Assembly: GCA_030066135.1 (NCBI GenBank)
Contig: JASJCD010000001.1
Location: 1-44,658, forward strand
Direction of reading: 5' to 3'
DNA length: 44,658 nt
Origin: Desulfobacterales bacterium
Lineage (GTDB): Bacteria; Desulfobacterota; Desulfobacteria; Desulfobacterales; UBA5852
In this document: piece by piece, positions 39,778-44,658 of the stretch
Position numbering within the stretch: the first letter of the stretch is position 1
How the letters are laid out: each line of letters starts with the position of its first letter
Notes under the pieces: model-generated
The model's input: the letters and a program-made list of their open reading frames with translations, nothing else
Database searches by the model: none
What the model was told of the DNA's origin: nothing
Program-made: the position numbers and the translations under genes

Positions 39778-39869
39778 GGGTATCACCTCCTTCGTAATCT
39801 AATAATAGAAAGGCCGGAGACGCGGACATGCCGTTTCCGACCTGGCTCTAACATCATCTAAACCATCGA

Positions 39870-39898
39870 ATACTAAATTATATACAAAATTATGTCAA
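39870..39898 (-). promoter_or_regulatory. Sigma70 promoter of the PxxKW gene
   Basis: TTGACA-N17-TAGTAT. Confidence 0.65.
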
Positions 39899-39918
39899 GC
39901 TTTTTTATCATCCAAAGG

Positions 39919-40095
39919 AAAAAACCCCCTGGGCAAAGAAAAAAACCGCCCAGGCGATGGTCGGGTTTCACACCTGCATCCGAAAAGCAGCATGAACCCG
40001 TCCCCCATATTGAATTTTCCGGGGGGGGCGCCGCCTGAATGCGGTCCTCCTTGGCACCCGTCGCCGCATTGGACACTAACGCGCAGGGCCACAGC
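39919..40095 (-). ncRNA. Candidate structured small RNA of unknown family
   Basis: GC-rich multi-hairpin segment (AATGCGG/CCGCATT, CCCCC/GGGGG, GGGTTCA/TGAAACCC) ending in CCTGGGC/GCCCAGG and a T-tract, flanked by AT-rich DNA. Confidence 0.4.
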
Positions 40096-40186
40096 ATTTG
40101 AATATTTTCTATTGATTCTTAGCGTGTCATAACGGAAAAAGATCGCATCCCGCCATTACCCAATCTCAATCGATAGCGAGGCGAAA

Positions 40187-41518
40187 ATGTCCTTCGGCGA
40201 AATTGAAACCCATATTCCGACACTTGGCGCCGCCAAAATCGGCTCCCCCATTCAGGGCTGGCGGCAAGGCGGTGAATCTGCCAACTTCGTCAGCGACAAC
40301 GACCGTGTTCTCGTGGATGTGACCCCCGCGGGGCTCGAAAAATTGTGTCAGGAAAACAAGCCCTTCCCATCCTTCGAGATGGCCGGTCCGCGGGAGCGGA
40401 TCTATTTCGATCCCAGCAAACTGCGCTGCGCCCTGGTAACTTGCGGGGGGCTCTGTCCGGGCCTGAACGACATTATCCGCTCGGTCGTGCTGGAACTTTA
40501 CTACGGCTACGGCGTGCGTCGCATCTACGGCATCAAATACGGTCTGCAGGGGTTTATCCCCAGCTACGGGCACGACGTGATCGATCTCGATCCCCCTGCG
40601 GTGGTCAACATCCAGGACATGGGCGGATCGATTCTGGGCTCCTCCCGCGGCCCCCAGTCGATTGAAGAGATCGTTGACACCCTGGATCGCATGAACATCG
40701 GCATCCTATTCATGGTCGGCGGCGACGGCACCCTCAAGGCTGCCAACCTGATTGCCAAGGCCATCAGCGCGCACAACCTGCGCATCAGCGTCATCGGGAT
40801 CCCCAAAACCATCGACAACGATATTCACATGGTTTCCCGCTCGTTCGGTTTCGACACGGCCGTGGATATCGCCACCCAGGCCATCAAGGGCGCTCACAAC
40901 GAGGCCGAGAGCTACCCCAACGGCATCGGCCTGATCAAACTCATGGGCCGGCATTCCGGTTTCATCGCGGCCACCGCCACCCTGGCCCAGCAGGACGTGA
41001 ATTTCGTTTTGATCCCTGAAATCCCGGTCGATCTGGAAGGCCCCAACGGGCTTTTGACCAAGGTCGAAACCCGCCTGCAGGAGCGCGGGCATGCCGTCAT
41101 CGTCGTGGCCGAAGGCGCCCTGCAGGAACTGTTCGACAGCGAGGACCGGCGCACGGACGCTTCGGGCAACGTGCGCCTTCACGACGTGGGGCTTTTCGTT
41201 CGCGACCGCATCAAGGCCTACTTCAAAGCCAAGGACATCGAGATCAACCTCAAATATATCGACCCCAGCTACATGATCCGCAGCGTCCCCGCCAATGCCA
41301 ACGATAGCGTCTTCTGCGGCTTCCTGGGGCGCGACGCCGTGCACGCCGGCATGGCAGGCAAGACCGAAATGCTCGTGGCCCACTGGAACAACCACTTTGT
41401 GCACGTCCCCATGGCCCTCTCCGCAGGCCAGCGCAAACAGGTCAACCCCGATGGCAAACTGTGGTCGACAGTTCTGGGCGCCACCGGGCAGGGCTCAATG
41501 CGCAATCAGGACGCCTAA
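40187..41518 (+). CDS. pfkA: ATP-dependent 6-phosphofructokinase (PfkA family)
   Basis: TCGGLCPG, LGSSRG, GGDGT, PKTIDND, LMGR, VAEG and YIDPSYMIRS motifs. GGDG favours ATP dependence. Confidence 0.92.
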   Translation: MSFGEIETHIPTLGAAKIGSPIQGWRQGGESANFVSDNDRVLVDVTPAGLEKLCQENKPFPSFEMAGPRERIYFDPSKLRCALVTCGGLCPGLNDIIRSVVLELYYGYGVRRIYGIKYGLQGFIPSYGHDVIDLDPPAVVNIQDMGGSILGSSRGPQSIEEIVDTLDRMNIGILFMVGGDGTLKAANLIAKAISAHNLRISVIGIPKTIDNDIHMVSRSFGFDTAVDIATQAIKGAHNEAESYPNGIGLIKLMGRHSGFIAATATLAQQDVNFVLIPEIPVDLEGPNGLLTKVETRLQERGHAVIVVAEGALQELFDSEDRRTDASGNVRLHDVGLFVRDRIKAYFKAKDIEINLKYIDPSYMIRSVPANANDSVFCGFLGRDAVHAGMAGKTEMLVAHWNNHFVHVPMALSAGQRKQVNPDGKLWSTVLGATGQGSMRNQDA

Positions 41519-41539
41519 CCGCCGGACGCCCCTCGGCAT

Positions 41540-42175
41540 CTAACCTTCCCTGACCTGCGTCCCGAAGCATACGTCCCAGATTGTATTGGTTACCCCAAAT
41601 CGCTTGTCCGGTGTTTTCCAATGGTGACGCATGTGGTTTTTTCTAAGCATGCGCATGTAGTTGGATTTGAAATCGAAGTGATGGAGGGCGTAGTGGGTCA
41701 TGTCATAGGCAATGTAGCCCGCCAGGAAGGCGGCGAAGAGGGGGTACACCCAGTGGGGTTGGCCGCAAAGCTCTCCGAAAACGGCGACATATAGATAGTA
41801 GAAAAGCAGCGCCAAGGGTATGCTCACCGCCGGCGGCATCACCAGCCGGCTCTTTACCATGGGCTGGGCATGATGAACGCCGTGGAAGAGAAAAGAAATC
41901 CTTGCCTGCCAATTGTTCCTGGGTTGGAAGTGAAATACGAACCGGTGCAGCCCATACTCGGTCAGGGTCCAGAGGACCAAACCCCCAAGCAGGCAAATCG
42001 GAAAATATATGGGGGATATGCCCTCGGGTTGCCGCACCCAACCGAAGACGGCCATCGTCACCACCGCTGGAATCCAAATGATCAAAACAACAGCGGGATG
42101 CATATGCGTGAAAAATTCCATGAAATCCGATTTAAAAAGACGCATCGGTTCTTTGCTGGACTGTACATTCCACAT
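41540..42175 (-). CDS. Fatty acid hydroxylase / sterol desaturase family protein (FA2H-like)
   Basis: His boxes HRFVFH, HGVHH, HYALHH and HMRHH, plus RLVMPP. Start at ATG 42175. Confidence 0.88.
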   Translation of the reverse strand: MWNVQSSKEPMRLFKSDFMEFFTHMHPAVVLIIWIPAVVTMAVFGWVRQPEGISPIYFPICLLGGLVLWTLTEYGLHRFVFHFQPRNNWQARISFLFHGVHHAQPMVKSRLVMPPAVSIPLALLFYYLYVAVFGELCGQPHWVYPLFAAFLAGYIAYDMTHYALHHFDFKSNYMRMLRKNHMRHHWKTPDKRFGVTNTIWDVCFGTQVREG

Positions 42176-42392
42176 CAGAAAAACACCTTCGATAAAATCA
42201 AATAAAGCCATCGCCACAACCCTTCGGCCCATGACATTGCCGCATGGGGGCGGAGCGACACAAGCGAGACCAACGGCCGCGGGTAACAGAGCCTCGTCGC
42301 CGAAATCACCGGTGGCTACCCGGCCGGTGTCGAAGAGCCGCCTATAGCACCTCGCCGAGGACATGACAAGCGAAGTGATGGCCTGAACCGGA

Positions 42393-43043
42393 CTACCGCC
42401 GGCTCATGGCCACCGCTTCGGCCGCGAGCCGGGTGATGGCCTCCCAGTTTCCCGTTTCGATATCCCGGGAGGGGACAATCCAGGAGCCGCCGACGCAGGC
42501 CACATTGGCAAGGGCCAGGTAGGCATTGAAATTGGCTTGCGAAACACCGCCGGTGGGGCAAAAGGTGACATGGGGGAAAGGACCGCCGATGGACTTCAGC
42601 ATGGGCACCCCGCCGGCGGCCTCGGCCGGAAAGAACTTGAAGGCGGTATAGCCCATTTCCATGCCAAGCATCAGCTCCGAGGCGGTGGCGATGCCGGGAA
42701 TCAGGGCGATGGGGCCCTGGTTGGCCGCCTCCAGCAGGCTCGGGGTCAGCCCGGGGCTGATGGCAAAGACGGCGCCCGCCTCGGTCACGGCCGCCAGATC
42801 ATCGCGTGAGGCCACCGTGCCGGCGCCGACAATCGCTTCGGGCACCTCGCGGCTGAGCAGGCGGATGGCCTCGATGGCGGCGGCACTGCGCAGGGTGACC
42901 TCCAGGACCTTGACCCCGCCTTCCAGAAGCGCCTTGGCCAAAGGTACCGCCTGCTCGATATGCTTGATCACGATCACCGGCACCACCGGTCCGGCATTGA
43001 GGACATCCAGGGGTGCCAGCTTCCAGCGTTTTGCATTCGACAT
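42393..43043 (-). CDS. eda: KDPG/KHG aldolase
   Basis: [34 protein letters not shown] and CVGGSW motifs. Start at ATG 43043 with GGAG RBS. Confidence 0.96.
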   Translation of the reverse strand: MSNAKRWKLAPLDVLNAGPVVPVIVIKHIEQAVPLAKALLEGGVKVLEVTLRSAAAIEAIRLLSREVPEAIVGAGTVASRDDLAAVTEAGAVFAISPGLTPSLLEAANQGPIALIPGIATASELMLGMEMGYTAFKFFPAEAAGGVPMLKSIGGPFPHVTFCPTGGVSQANFNAYLALANVACVGGSWIVPSRDIETGNWEAITRLAAEAVAMSRR

Positions 43044-43092
43044 TGTATTCTCCGGGATTGCTTGTTCGTTTGTGTGGTGGACACGCCTGTTT

Positions 43093-44658
43093 TCAGCGCT
43101 GCGGGGGAACGACCACTTTGCAGCTTTCATTTACGTAGGTGAAGATCGAACTGGCGCCCTCCTCGGCGCCCGCCAGGTCTTTGCGCAGCGGTGCAAAGAT
43201 CTGGCGGCCCAGACCATAGCGGTGGGATGCCAGGTCAGGGGCCGCGTATTCACGATCTGCCAGTTCACGTTCATCCAGCTTGAGTTCCAGAGCGTTGTTG
43301 TGGGCGTCCATCCGTATAATATCGCCATCCCGAACTTTGGCGAGCAGGCCGCCGCAGAAAGCCTCCGGTGTGCAGTGAATGGCAAAGGGCACCTTGCCCG
43401 AGGCGCCGGACAGGCGCCCGTCTGTTACCAGCCCGACGGTGTACCCCCGATCCATGATGACGGCCAGCGGGGTGATCAGTTTGTGCAGTTCCGGCATCCC
43501 GTTGGCCTGGGGACCCTGGAAACGGACCACGGCAATCAAATCCCGGTCGAGCCGCCCGGCTTTGAAGGCTTTCTCCAATTCGTGCTGGCTGTCGAAAACC
43601 ATGGCCGGCGCTTCCACCAGGGTTTTCTCGCCGTCCGCCAAGGCCGAGATCTTCATGATGGCCCGGCCCAGATTGCCAGACAGGACCTTGATCCCGCCCA
43701 TGGTCTCAAAGGGTTGCGCGACCGTTGCAATGACGTCCGGATCAGCGGCTTCCTGGGGGCCGTCTCGCCAGACCACTTTGTCGCCGTCGAATAAAGGCGC
43801 ATCCAGATAGCGGCGCAGGCCGAACCCGGCCACGGTCTGGACATCCTCATGGACCATTTCGCCCTTGAGCAACTCACGGATGAGCAAGGCCATACCGCCG
43901 GCCTCCTGGAAGGCGTTGATGTCACCCGGTCCGTTGGGATAGATGCGGACCAGCAGCGGTATATTGTCCGAGAGTTCGGCAAAATCGTTCCAGTCGATGC
44001 GGATGCCGGCGGCGCGGGCAATCGCCACCAGGTGCATGGTCTCGTTGGTGGAACCGCCGGTGGCCAGAAGCCCGACCATGGCGTTGACCACGGATTTTTC
44101 GCTCACCACATGGGCAATGGGCACGTAATCGTCGCCCAGATGGGTCATGGCGCCAACGCGTTTGGCCGCGGATCGCGTCAGGGCGTCACGCAGTTTGGTG
44201 CCAGGATTGACAAAGGAGGCGCCGGGCAGATGCAGGCCCAGCATTTCCGCCATCACCTGATTGGAGTTGGCCGTCCCGTAGAAGGTGCAGGTGCCCGGAC
44301 TGTGATAGGACTTGACCTCGGCGTCCAGCATTTCCTGGCGCCCGATTTTGCCCTCGGCAAAGCGCTCGCGCGCGCGCACTTTTTCCTTGTTGGGCAGGCC
44401 GGACGGCATGGGCCCCCCCGGAATCAGGATCATGGGCAGGTGCCCGAACTGAAGGGCGCCCATGAGCAGTCCGGGCACGATCTTGTCGCAGATGCCCAGC
44501 AAGAGCGCACCGTCAAAAACGTTGTGCGACAGGCCGATGACCGTGGACATGGCAATCACGTCCCGGCTGATCAGGCTCAGGTCCATGCCCGGTTCCCCCT
44601 GGGTAATCCCGTCACACATGGCCGGTACGCCGCCGGCGAACTGGGCATTGCCCCCGGC
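43093..44658 (-). CDS. edd: 6-phosphogluconate dehydratase (5' part outside window)
   Basis: [38 protein letters not shown] and [10 protein letters not shown] motifs; adjacent to eda. The frame is open to the window end. Confidence 0.95.
   Translation of the reverse strand, partial: AGGNAQFAGGVPAMCDGITQGEPGMDLSLISRDVIAMSTVIGLSHNVFDGALLLGICDKIVPGLLMGALQFGHLPMILIPGGPMPSGLPNKEKVRARERFAEGKIGRQEMLDAEVKSYHSPGTCTFYGTANSNQVMAEMLGLHLPGASFVNPGTKLRDALTRSAAKRVGAMTHLGDDYVPIAHVVSEKSVVNAMVGLLATGGSTNETMHLVAIARAAGIRIDWNDFAELSDNIPLLVRIYPNGPGDINAFQEAGGMALLIRELLKGEMVHEDVQTVAGFGLRRYLDAPLFDGDKVVWRDGPQEAADPDVIATVAQPFETMGGIKVLSGNLGRAIMKISALADGEKTLVEAPAMVFDSQHELEKAFKAGRLDRDLIAVVRFQGPQANGMPELHKLITPLAVIMDRGYTVGLVTDGRLSGASGKVPFAIHCTPEAFCGGLLAKVRDGDIIRMDAHNNALELKLDERELADREYAAPDLASHRYGLGRQIFAPLRKDLAGAEEGASSIFTYVNESCKVVVPPQR

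Noticed and set aside
43044-43130. N-terminal extension of eda overlapping edd
   Set aside because: ATG 43043 has a GGAG RBS and gives a typical Eda length.

Overview
GC-rich bacterial chromosomal window. The gene set (PxxKW protein, two selenoproteins, YeeE/YedE pair, TRAP, ClC-CBS) suggests Desulfobacterota, probably Desulfobacterales; this is an inference. Most genes are housekeeping or transport: mlaF/mlaE, ABC-F, a divergent ECF-like transporter, ppdK, plsC, a nucleotide-sugar dehydrogenase, TRAP dctPQM, argJ, truA, ClC, an aminotransferase, pfkA, eda and edd. Standouts: (1) A co-oriented 9-gene envelope locus at 13341-25159. It encodes a MotA/TolQ/ExbB channel, two single-TM VWA proteins with a MotB/ExbD-like TM Asp, a degenerate Hsp70-fold/FHA protein, a membrane Ser/Thr kinase with TPR-like repeats, a PEGA-SUMF1 protein, a lipoprotein and two secreted proteins. 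It is a candidate phosphoregulated, ion-powered trans-envelope machine. (2) Two in-frame UGA selenoproteins with SECIS-like hairpins that the ORF track splits or misses: DUF166-type at 3288-3941 and a 60-aa dual-CxxC protein at 33826-34008. (3) A Cys/Tyr-rich leader peptide plus hairpin upstream of the TRAP operon. (4) A structured, terminator-bounded candidate sRNA near 39.9-40.1 kb, a MITE-like element, and short inverted tandem repeats at convergent gene junctions. All family assignments come from motif recognition, not database searches.
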